DNA of 28,000 nucleotides from Owenia fusiformis (GCA_903813345.2 CAIIXF020000001.1:49972001-50000000), one strand, 5' to 3'; positions 11,110 to 21,876 are shown, counted from the stretch's first letter. Notes: generated by a model from the sequence alone, not told the origin. Numbers and translations: made by a program.

Positions 11110-12163
11110 TTTCTATGATGGCTCTGATTTTTTTGCAACTCTATAGTGATATACATGTGTGAAATTTTTAAGTGGCATTCTGGGTTGAAAAACTTTCGAG
11201 AGTGTTGTTTTATTGTTTAGATGACGAAAACTTCAATAAAAAACAATATAAACACGGATTATAAACACAAAGGCTCTCTAGCCAAAACACTATGTTCACA
11301 GCTAAATAGCCTTAAATTTTAAGGCTCTTTAGCATTTTGGCTAAAGAGCCTTAAATTTTAAGGTACTCCAGACACTTCGTATATTTTTGCATAATAATTT
11401 CCTCACAAGTGAGATTTAAGCACATGAGAGAGCACAAAGAAAATTTACAGTACAAGAGGTGAACTGTCGAGGAAACAGCGGCTTATGCAACACAACAGCA
11501 ACATTTTTATCCTAGCCTCCAATCCATCAATAAATGTCTATACATCAAAATCTTTACTAAACGGAAGTTGCGATTTATAGTGGATAAAATGATAAAAATA
11601 ACATTTTTCTGGTTATACGTGATTGCCTGGTCTTACACCTTCTCTGGTGAACCAGAGACATATATTTTCGATATATGCATGAACATCAAACAAACAAACA
11701 TTTACTTTTCAAAATCGATGTTTGAACCTTTAAAAAGCCAAATTTAGACTGAGGATTGAAAACATTCTTTTATTTGTCTCGGTAGACCGGAAGTAAATTT
11801 ATGAGTCGAGCAAAAAGTGATAATGTGGGGAAGTCAAAACAGTACTAATAGAAGTCATAGTAAGCATTAGAAGATCATTTAAAACCATATAAATCAAATC
11901 GACGGCAAAGTTAGTTGAAATGACTGAAATCTTTATATGTTATCTTCTTCATCTTCGCGGACCTCAGAGAAGACACTTCCGGTTTAATAATCAGTGATTT
12001 TATCGATCAAAAATTTTTTCTCTTTGAATTTGTCGGATATCTGCTAATATGTATGTATGGCATGTATATTTGTGCTGATTGTTAAATTACAAAATAGGTT
12101 GGGTATAGAATATGTCAAAGTCGTTTGATCTTGTCCCAGAAGCAATATTTCGTCATTTCTGTC

Positions 12164-12319
12164 GCCTGGAATTCCTTAAGCTCTTTAGCAGAATTGGCTA
12201 TCAAAATGCTAAAGAGCCTTAAAATTTAAGGCTCTTTAGCCAAAATGCTAAAGAACCTTAAAATTTAAGGCTCTTTAGCATTTTGGCTAGAGAGCCTTAA
12301 ATTTTAAGGCTCTCCAGGC
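12164..12319. mobile_element. Miniature relative of the 10482-11379 element, made only of terminal palindromic repeats
   Basis: gcctgga...tccaggc ends enclose repeated gctaaagagccttaaaatttaaggctctttagc units like those at the termini of 10482-11379. Confidence 0.75.
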
Positions 12320-12443
12320 ACGGCCAATATAAATAGAACTTGATACAACTTTCTGTGAATACGCATATTATTCGTTGTTTCGCGCTAGTTTTTTCAGCTA
12401 GGCGGTGCTGAATGGCTCGATTACTGAAATAATAAATACTCAC

Positions 12444-12540
12444 CTCTATCAATTGCTCAGCATTTGAGATATTTCAAAAAATAAAACAAAAATATTGTAG
12501 GATTTTCAAAGCGGAAGTGTTTACATATTGCGCATGCGCA
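12444..12540 (-). promoter_or_regulatory. Probable promoter and non-coding first exon of the BTB-ZF gene
   Basis: Perfect NRF1 palindrome TGCGCATGCGCA (12529-12540), ETS/GABP site GCGGAAGTG (12511-12519), locally raised CpG, and a strong minus-strand donor GAG|GTGAGT after 12444 that can splice to the acceptor at 8679. Confidence 0.7.
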
Positions 12541-12800
12541 GTACGGATTACACGAGACGAAAGATGCTCAGCAAAACTTCCCCGGGTCTGATAAGTATTG
12601 TAGGCTAAAATCTCAGATATATCAAAGGCCTAGAGCTGCAATTATGCCACTAATATACCTCTATAATCAAGGATAGAGACCCATGCACGCATGTTCTCCT
12701 TGTATTGTAACCTATAGATAACATGGGGGGGGGGGCTCTGTTCACTATGGGTCCATGTTCACACTGACAAATTCAGCCAACAATGACCACATGTGAGTAT

Positions 12801-13050
12801 GGGAGCATTTCAAAGGATCAGTGTCAGAAAATTAACTGTACTTGCAGTTTGGGGGAGGGGTCATCAACCTTAAAAGTTGACATTGAATAATTACAAAAAT
12901 TGACTGCATTATATATTATGTTTAATTTAGTGTGACCAAGGAAATAATGCATATCAACATTTCTCAAAAACGGTTATGAGGGGGAGGGGGTCATAGATTA
13001 ACTGTTCAAATACAGTAAGCAATCCAACATTGTACTTTTGAGATGCTCCC
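12801..13050. mobile_element. Small MITE with PIF/Harbinger-like GGG termini
   Basis: gggagcatttcaaag ... cttttgagatgctccc inverted termini. Flanks are tat / taa, an imperfect 3-bp TSD. Confidence 0.6.
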
Positions 13051-15157
13051 TAAATGACATATTGTTGAAAAGATAACGCAGTCATGAATGTTTTTGTGGT
13101 GTTAAAATTTATTAATTGTTTTTTGATACACACTACAGTGCAAATAATATTTGATATGATATATTAATCTGCTTTTTGATAATAATTTTGAGTTAAATAA
13201 CGATTTGTCAGTTTGTTCTGGTGATTCTATAAAGTTTAGAATGTCATCATATTCATTTCATATTCCAAAATAAAGAATGATGTTCAAGTATATTGATCGA
13301 AAAATGGCCGAAAAGTAGCGAAGCGATTTTGTTCATATTTGGTATGTGAATACTAGATAGTAAGCATGGCACACTGTCTTATGACACTTTTGGAAGAAGG
13401 CAGCCATTTTTCAAAATGGCCACCATTTTATCCTATCACAGCGAATTATTAAATGGTTATCCAGGGTAAGAATTATAGATAATTTTCTCATTCCATGTTT
13501 CCAGTTTCCAGTCACCATAGAGTGTTAAATCTATATATATTTAAAACAAAACACATCATTTATTGTAATATTTTATCGTTTTATTAAGTCCCTCAAAACT
13601 GATTTAAAATCCACCATCCTTCATTATATACACAATATATAGCTACTGCATTTACAAATGATATCTATCTATCAGATCACTGTATTATAACAACTTAACA
13701 AATGTTATCCATTCGATTTCGATCATCATGTATATTAAATATCTGTATACAAGAAATAAATATAATTTACTACTACTCAAGTATAACAACATTGCTCAAC
13801 ACATTTTACAAAAAACAGCAAATTTTGTTAATGTGTATGACATTTATAACATCTGAACTCAGGTATTGGATTCACTATATTAAAAGATTAACTATCACTA
13901 TTGACTATTGGACATTGTCAAGTGAACTTTTCTAAGGGTCTATTTGTATCCAGATGAGAAAACAATTCAATACATCATTTTTATGTACTCTTGCCAAAAT
14001 AGAGAACAAATTGAGCAAGCACAAAGGGCAACATTTGACAAAACAACACATACCCCTATGACGCTATAAGCCATGTGAAAAATAGTAAAATGGTACATGA
14101 ACCATAGCGAAGATTGAACCAATGAACAGTGGAGCACTACATTTTCCTTTTAAAAATATATGTTACCATATTCTCAATATAAAATGATGAGAGTCATAAG
14201 ATACATGAAGCTACATGTCCCATCCTTTTGCCACTATTTAACATCTTCAATGTTTTGAGTTGAGTTCCTACATCTGACACAAGACTGCTATTCAGAGTTT
14301 CAGTGAAAACTGGCTGACAGTTTAAAATATACAGTACACTTAAACATACAGTGTACTTGATTTTCAAATTCAATATAAAGTTCAAATAGTACATGTATTA
14401 CAAGAATTGAAGACTTGTAAAATTAAATATTGTAGGACTATATGAAATAGACAAGTGGCTCATCAAAGAACGTAAGGAAAATAATTTCAATATTCTGTTC
14501 TGTCGAGAGCTTTGAAAGATCTTCAGATTAAATAATTATATAATATAACATCATGCATGCAGCAATGTGATATTTACAGTTTTACACCAATTCATACACT
14601 GATGATGGACACATTCACAGCCAACTATATTCTCCCTAGTCAAAACTTGGACATACTGTTCATAAGCCTAAAATGTGCAAGGACAGTAAACAGCGCTATT
14701 AGAGTACTTTGGTAGCATCATGTATTTTCAATACATCCTCATTTATTACACACAGGTAATTCTGGAAATCATTTGTGCATTTCTGTATGCACTGTACATG
14801 TAATGTGCATTTCTGGTACAATATATGCATTTTTATGATTTGTACACCAGTTGATATATGGTCTATCCAAAGAATTCACCTTGTGTTTCTGAATACATCC
14901 ATTTATCGTGTCATTCGGTTCAATGCCACTGATTATTCCAGAGTTCTGTAAACATTGTACATGTACATTGTATATTAGTATGACTAAAATAATCCTATTG
15001 GAAGTACATATTGTCTCAGGGCATCTTTAGAACCAGTTTGTATCAGCTAGCCCCAAAAAGCAGATAACTGACTTATATGGTAGTATCGATTGAAGTCCTC
15101 CAGTATCCATGTGATTTGGTTTTATATTCCTTTACCTTCTGGTAGTCATAATAAATA

Positions 15158-15295
15158 TTAGCTTGATTTGACGATTCCAAATGAAGGTCCTATACGAGTG
15201 AAAAATTTCCTAACTACTGATCTGAGTTCTGATTTCAAGTCAAACATGAGTATATCACAGAGGAAGGGGTAGTAGACTGCAGCATGGGCACGGAA
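15158..15295 (-). CDS. ARFGEF1: ARFGEF1/2 (BIG1/BIG2) final coding exon
   Basis: FRAHAAVYYPFLCDILMFDLKSELRSVVRKFFTRIGPSFGIVKSS*, matching the BIG C-terminus. Acceptor ttccag, stop TAA at 15158-15160. Confidence 0.9.
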   Translation of the reverse strand, partial: FRAHAAVYYPFLCDILMFDLKSELRSVVRKFFTRIGPSFGIVKSS

Positions 15296-15718
15296 CTGGA
15301 AATACAATAACACGTTATTAAGACCTTACATACAAATTACATCAAGGAGTCAGAGTTGATTTGTAAGTACACACCCGAGCAGCATAAAAGCGCGAGTTTT
15401 GATTTTTAGTACAAGAATTTGAACTAGGTTTTTGGAATGATGAATACACCTATAATATGAAAGAAATATATGATTTGATTGAGTCATTACAAAATTAAGA
15501 TTTACCATAAAAAAATTGTGAGTGCACATGGGGGAAAAGCTGATTCCATGGGCCTACCATGAGTCGATAATTTCTTAAAAATCAATAAGAAAATTTTAAA
15601 ATCTTAGGAGATCGGATTTATGAAATGAAAAGATAAGACATATGCCACATTCAATGGATAACTAGTGTCATATTATGAATAATGAAATGAAGACACTATA
15701 ATGTAAACCATGGCTCAC

Positions 15719-15836
15719 CCTTTCTTCATTCATCTTGAGGACCTTGGTTAGAAAGAGCAACAAGAGACTGCTCCATGCCTCTCTATGACTGTCTGACTGC
15801 AGGGACAGAAAATATTCTAATGCCTCTCGACAAACA
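15719..15836 (-). CDS. ARFGEF1: ARFGEF1/2 coding exon
   Basis: [43 protein letters not shown] ends, phase 2 to 0. Confidence 0.9.
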
Positions 15837-16049
15837 CTGCAAAAGAGGGGGCATTTACCTATTAAGCATATTATGAAAGATGAATGGTTTACAGAACTTG
15901 GCTGACTTGCAGTTATTTAAGTAAGAGCTTGCTCTTTAAATCAGGTAATCAGATCTACTGTTTTTAGAGAGATTATATTCAATGTTATTTAACACTGATT
16001 GTTAATAAAAACATGGTTTTCCATCTTCACCTGAAGATAAATAACTCAC

Positions 16050-16188
16050 GTAATAAGTCTAGATTGCACTTGTGGCCAGGCGTCTATCCGTCTATCATCA
16101 GTATACATGCGGAACAGGATTCGTAATGAGCAGGCCAGACTCTGAGTCTCTTGCTTTAGAAGGTTGGGCTTTGCCTTGCCTTTGAAAC
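16050..16188 (-). CDS. ARFGEF1: ARFGEF1/2 coding exon
   Basis: [31 protein letters not shown]...; phase 1 to 2. Confidence 0.92.
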
Positions 16189-16601
16189 CTGTAATAAGAC
16201 AGCACACATGCTCTGTATATTATCCCTTTTAAATAGTGCTGCATGGTAATAGTGATCATATCCCTCATGCCTCTAATGGGTGAGCAGATGGAGGAGTGTG
16301 AGGTTTAATTATGTGAAATTATGGTGAAATAAATACAGCTAAATACAGAAAAAAATATCAAGACTTCACACCAGCTTTTATTTGGTGTCTACACAGCTCA
16401 ATAAATGATACCTTGTTTGATTTCAATTGTGTTACTTTTTTGCTATGAATTCATTTAATATACTGTAAAAAGATTCAGTAATGTGCACTTAGCTATTGCC
16501 AAGGTTTTTCAACATTAGTGTCGAATATGTGCTTCTGAAATATTATATTAAACATATCCAATTTAGGTCAACAATGCAAATGCGATTAAGTTTCAACCAA
16601 C

Positions 16602-16767
16602 CGGCTTTCCATAGTACATTTCTCTGTTCATGGTTTGAGTTGAAAGCTCTGGCAAACTTGTGTGATTCTAAGAGACAGTCTAATAGCAAGAACAGTTGGT
16701 TAGAGGCCAAATATTGGTACATGCCATGGTCCTCTATCTGCTGACTAGAGTCATTTACATCATCCCC
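16602..16767 (-). CDS. ARFGEF1: ARFGEF1/2 coding exon
   Basis: ...[43 protein letters not shown]; phase 0 to 1. Confidence 0.92.
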
Positions 16768-16827
16768 CTGTAAAACAGATAAATAATATGTTTAACAGAT
16801 AATAACATGCTTATTAGTGCACATGAA

Positions 16828-17085
16828 CATCACTTGTTCTGGTGCATAGGAAAATCACTTGTTTTGGGGTGTTTGAAAAATCACTTGATCTGGTGCATAT
16901 GAAAATCACTTGTTTTGGGGTGTTTGAAAATCACTTGATCTGGTGCATTTGAAAATCACCTGTTCTGGTGCATATGTAAATCATTTGTTTTATTTTGGTG
17001 TATTTGAAAATCACTCATTCTGGTGCATATAAAAACAATTTGTTCATGTGCATATGAATATCCCGTGTTCTGGTGAATATGAAAA
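16828..17085. repeat. Intronic minisatellite, ~25-26-bp unit, about 9-10 copies
   Basis: Alternating variants atcacttgttctggtgcatatgaaa and atcacttgttttggggtgtttgaaa. Confidence 0.85.
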
Positions 17086-17276
17086 CACTAGATTAATGGT
17101 CACATTCACTCAGCAAGAGGCATCATTTCGTACTAGGGCATTTGCTCATTTTATAGAATATTTTGAAACGTATAGAATGAATGATAAAGTACTGAACAAA
17201 ACCTTCCTTAGTAGGGCCCTGGACAACTTCTGTTAATTGTTCTCATTAAATGAATGTATTAGATACAATAAGGTAC

Positions 17277-17419
17277 CTTAGCAGCTGCCAGATTCTCAGC
17301 ATCTTCCTTCTTACTGGTGGTAGGGAAGAATACAATGTCATCTATGGTTTGTATAAGTTCTAGCTGGACCACACACTTGATCAATAAAGATTGGAACAGC
17401 TTCTGCTCAGGTGGAACCT
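17277..17419 (-). CDS. ARFGEF1: ARFGEF1/2 coding exon
   Basis: [47 protein letters not shown]; phase 1 to 0. Confidence 0.92.
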
Positions 17420-17790
17420 CTGAAGTGAAAGTGTTAATGGATTTTGAACACTCAACTGGTTTCAATAACAACGATTACCTACATACATGTATACATGTAT
17501 ATCTATGGGAGTGGAGGGAAAGATAAAGTTGCATGGTATAATACTGACATGGGAACAACACAAATTATGGATTTCTTTCATAAAGGCTATTCCCATTCGG
17601 CTTTTCATAATTTAATACTGGACAAAAAATAAAATGTACCTTTTGGGGTCAAGGAAAATTCTTGAATCCAAACTTTCTGTATTTCATGATATAATATGTA
17701 TGACAATCAATATTTAATTAGACAAATAAGCACAATCATGGCTGGCTTTTATGGGAAACGGACCCCTGTAAAGAATAAAGTAATTCTTAC

Positions 17791-17926
17791 TTGTTCTAGG
17801 TATCTTATGCTCTCCCCTAGAGTCTACAGAAGCTGTACTGTTAATACTGTGCACACTGTCTCCTCTCTTTAAATTGCCTTTCATCTCACCAGAATGGTTG
17901 TCCAAAGATGACAAAGATTTGTTGTC
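17791..17926 (-). CDS. ARFGEF1: ARFGEF1/2 coding exon (low-complexity linker)
   Basis: DNKSLSSLDNHSGEMKG...SVHSINSTASVDS...PRT. Acceptor gtgtttcag, donor A|GTAAGA; phase 0 to 1 fits both neighbours. Confidence 0.8.
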
Positions 17927-19075
17927 CTGAAACACAGGAATGTTATAACATAATGGCAGTGTATGTTGAAGGGGGTTCATAGCTTGGATAACCAGTGACT
18001 CCGGGGAATTGAAAATCCCACCAAACAAAACATATTTTATTAAATCCCTAGGCATTCTGGACATTACAAGATAGAAATAATAACCAGGAAGTTGTAGAAT
18101 TGTCTTTCCAGGAAGTAGTAGCATAGAATTGTCTTCTTTTGGCAAAACTGACACCCATGATGTGACATGGTGCCATATATTAAATTCTTTCTTAAGCAGA
18201 GGTCTTATACAAAATTTACACTAATTCTGGTATTAAACTTGCGTTATTTGAGGCAATTCTGAATTCAGCATTTCTTCTTAACCATAGTCCTATGCCAATA
18301 AGATATTGGCACATAAAATCTGAACCAAATCTAACAATTGGTAATTTATAATCAAAACATATGTTTTTTAAAATAAAGTAGCCATTTTGAATTTGAGTTA
18401 TCAAAAAACAACAACACAAGTCCTTAGGCCAGTCACGAAAACAGTGTAGAACAACATAATATCAACACTAAAATGGACTAAAAGCACTTTTATTGCACAT
18501 GGTATTTTTAGGATAGTGTTGACAGTGAGTTTGACTTAAATCTTTGACTGTGTAAACAATTTTATTACCTAAGGTTACACTAAGGTTACACTTCCCTTCA
18601 AAAATAAGACAATTGGAAGTTTCCCTTTGAATCATGTAACAAAACTTGTCGTATGTGTGATAACTGTGAAAATCTATTTTTACATCTGCCATTTTCTAAC
18701 CAATTGTAATTGAGGAAGAGTCAAACATTAACAGGATGTTTATCCAGTAGATTTATGTACTACTATTCAATGAGGATTTCCAGTTTCAAAACACATGGGG
18801 AGAGAGAGGGAGGGGGAAATTAGTGTTTTGAGGCTTGTCATTTATTCTTTTTTAAATATACTCCATGATGTAAAAAGCAATCACATCCTTTTGACATGTC
18901 TCTTTTAAGTGTTTACAAGTCAGTTCTTGGTTTGTACATGACTCCAACCAACCAGCAACTATAAAATATCACTGAATTCCAAGTAAATGGACACAGCTAA
19001 AAATTAACAATGAAATCCTAGAACCATCCAACCAGGAAGAGACAAGTTTACTCTATTGCTAGGAAAATGCCCAGC

Positions 19076-19083
19076 ATATAAAA
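19076..19083 (+). promoter_or_regulatory. Candidate TATA box of the PLA2 gene
   Basis: atataaaa about 90 nt upstream of the ATG at 19170. A second tataaaa lies at ~18960. Confidence 0.4.
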
Positions 19084-19169
19084 TGAATACACTACAGACA
19101 GTACAGATAATTAAGATTAAATGACAAGTAGACGCTTCAAAGATTTGACTGAGACCAAAGGATACAAAC

Positions 19170-19178
19170 ATGAAAAAG
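19170..19178 (+). CDS. Secreted phospholipase A2, coding part of exon 1 (MKK)
   Basis: aaacATGAAAAAG|GTAAGT is a perfect donor. The phase-0 join supplies the basic n-region of the signal peptide. Confidence 0.75.
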
Positions 19179-19725
19179 GTAAGTTAAGGAACATATAAAA
19201 ACTGATATTCAATTCATGAAAAAACGTAGTGCATTAGGTAAAAGAACAAAATTATGAAACATGGGCTTTCAATTAGACAATGACTATTTTCTAAAAAAAA
19301 GTCCACCAGTTATATATTTCAGGAACATTGATTTTTTATCATGCTTACATGGCAATAGTTGTGAAAAATGAAATTTTAAATCTTCAGTTAATTCTATACA
19401 AGTATTTGATTAATTACAGTAACTTAATTCTTTGGATATGGATTGTAAGGGAAACTCTGGTATGCTTTTAAAAGATTTCCTAAAACATTTTAATAATTTC
19501 TGCCACATTGGGATTCTCCTTTTTGAAACTGATAGAAAACTTGCATAAATATTCTAGATCTGTGTAATACATTGGTGTCTCATGCTAAAATAGGTGTTTC
19601 AAATTCTCCTCCATAGGTTCTGTTGCTAGCTTTTCAACAGTTCCTGTGTATTGAAACTAGTGCAAGTCTCCTATGTTTTCTTCTGGTGTCTCATACTAAA
19701 ATATGTTTCAATTTCTTTCCTATAG

Positions 19726-19990
19726 GCTCTGATGCTAGCATTCCTTACAATTACACTCCTGTACATGGAAACTAATGCAAACCTGCTACAATTCTGTGGG
19801 ATGGTATCACATTATACAGAACGCAGCTGCTTTGACTACATAAACTACGGATGCTGGTGTGGGCTTGGGGGCAAAGGAAAAACCGTAGATGAAATAGATG
19901 AGTGCTGTAAGGCACATGATAAATGTTATGATCGTATAAAAAAATGTAGTCCAAAATGGAACTTTTATAGCAGATTCTGGAACCGGTGTT
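19726..19990 (+). CDS. Secreted phospholipase A2 (group I/II-like fold), exon 2
   Basis: Signal h-region ALMLAFLTITLLYMETNA, mature start NLLQF, Ca2+ loop YGCWCGLGG, catalytic DECCKAHDKCY. Acceptor tttctttcctatag, donor T|GTAAGT. Confidence 0.95.
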
Positions 19991-20365
19991 GTAAGTTCAA
20001 TTTACTTCTTAAATTGCCTATAGTTTACTGGGTTCTGCCACAATCAGTGTCCAAAAGGGAAACTTTGACAATGAATGAAGCAGGGGTAACATGTATATGG
20101 CTTGATGCAAGATTTAAGTAGAGCAACATGATAAATATTCTCATGTTATTTGCATGAAATGGGTAGTATTTTTCAAAATTTTATGTGGATATTTCGTTAA
20201 AATGTTGAAATGACATTTCCCAAATTATTTATTACAATTTCTCCTGAATGTGATAACACAATTTGATGAAAAAAATAACAGTTCACATTATCCTAACATC
20301 TGACGATTCCATCATTTTAGCCTATTGTGTATGACAACTAGTCTAAACTTGGCTTTATTTTTCAG

Positions 20366-20493
20366 GGGACAAGAAGGGCTCTTGCGATTACAAAATTTGT
20401 AAATGTGACGAGGATGCAGCGAAATGCTTTGCGAAGTACAAATATGATGACGCTCATTGGGGCTACAGATCAAAGCGACAATGTTTCAAATGA
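20366..20493 (+). CDS. Secreted phospholipase A2, exon 3
   Basis: Acceptor ctttatttttcag, phase 1. WDKKGSCDYKICKCDEDAAKCFAKYKY...RQCFK* contains the CxCD motif with the Asp99 equivalent. AATAAA at 20673-20678. Confidence 0.93.
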
Positions 20494-21776
20494 ATACAGT
20501 GAAACCTGTTTATCCAAATACCTCTCTAAAATGAATGACTCTCGAGTCAAGCTAAAAGACAGAGCTTATCAAAAATGAAAGGTTGATACCTAAAACCTGA
20601 CAAAGGACTGATAAACACTACCTCATAACTGTTGCTTGATATTTTCTATTTATTAAGTTATTGACATTACATAATAAAAATACAAAGAAAACCAACATCT
20701 TTATTAAAATGATAAAAAGGATATCATGTGATGGTCCTTACATGTACAGTATCCAGTGATCTCCCCAGCATTAAAGCAAGTTGGTGCAGCACTTGCTTTA
20801 ATGACAACGTTTTATTCTATAGATCTCTCTCTTAATTTGAATCTCTTCCTGTGAGTAAATATTTCTCTAGTTTCTTCTAATTCCTACTTCAACTTATTTC
20901 ATAATGTAAAAAGAAACCCAACAAGTTAAAAAAAATCAGGAAGTTGGGCAGGAATTTTGAAATACAGTCCTTATACAGTAAATACAAAGTCTACAGAAAA
21001 TGCAATTAGTGAGAGGTCCTTCCTACTTCCTACTTCCTACTTGAGCTTAACTCATAACTTAAAAATAAACGCAAGTTCTAAATAATCAGGAAGTTGGACA
21101 GGGATTTTAAAACGAACATGACAATAATATTAACTTTATAATTCAAACTGAATATTGACAACAATAGAATGTGTTACTAAACCTATAAGTTATACAAGTA
21201 ATGTGATAATTTGGGCTGACAAAAACACAAAGACTATTAAATATCTTTTGGGAGAACATATGAGTTTTTCCCTAATCCTTTTGGGTTCATCCTAACAATT
21301 TCCAGGTAAACCCTTGTTTATGGAGCTGCAATATCACAACCAACTTATATTGATAATATTCATCATATTTCAAACCATTTCAGGAGTCTCCTAATGAAAC
21401 ACTGGTGTAGCCAGGATTTTGTAACTAATGACTCTTATTTTTCTAATCTATACAGAAATATTTGTACATACTCCCCAATGTACAGACCGTTACTTCTCAA
21501 CCTAGCTTGACCCAAACAACCTGAACCTAAGAAATTAACCAGACCCAACTGCCTTATTTAATCTAAGATCCATAAATAATGACACTCTTTTTTGTTTTTA
21601 CTTTTTACTTCCTTATCGCTTTCCTGGAAAAACTTAGTATAATGAAAAAAAATCAGAGTACAAAATGTGAAACTACCTCATGAGATACTGCAATGTCTTC
21701 TGTGTAACTTAAAAACTAAAGAAAAAAGTCATTAAATTAAATCCTTGTTGTTTTCTGTAATACAAATATAGCTTAC

Positions 21777-21876
21777 ATGATCATCAGTTGCACCCTCCGT
21801 ATCTGAGAGATGACGAGTTCGTGGTGTGTGAATCGTGTCCCCAGATTCCTTTAGTTCAGGCCTCCAGGTTAGCAGA
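21777..21876 (-). CDS. ARFGEF1: ARFGEF1/2 coding exon
   Basis: (S)LLTWRPELKESGDTIHTPRTRHLSDTEGATDDH, where LLTWRP is the conserved BIG motif; phase 2 to 0, donor GTAAGC. Confidence 0.85.

Larger units (their letters stand above)
10482..11379. mobile_element. Foldback/MITE element with ~373-bp inverted arms, each containing a tRNA-derived cassette
   Basis: 10482-10854 is the near-exact reverse complement of 11007-11379, around a ~150-bp spacer. Subterminal palindromes AGAGCCTTAAAATTTAAGGCTCT. Confidence 0.92.

Noticed and set aside
16828..17085. CRISPR-like array
   Set aside because: Units are contiguous, with no unique spacers, and lie in a eukaryotic intron. It is a minisatellite.
19991..20121. 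C-terminal part of the 129-aa PLA2 ORF in the track
   Set aside because: It is intron read-through past the GTAAGT donor. The real C-terminus is in exon 20366-20493.
20769..20803. 13-bp stem hairpin as a terminator or RNA element
   Set aside because: Its left half is the terminus of the MITE family at 21949-22139, it lies past the PLA2 polyA signal, and there is no further support.
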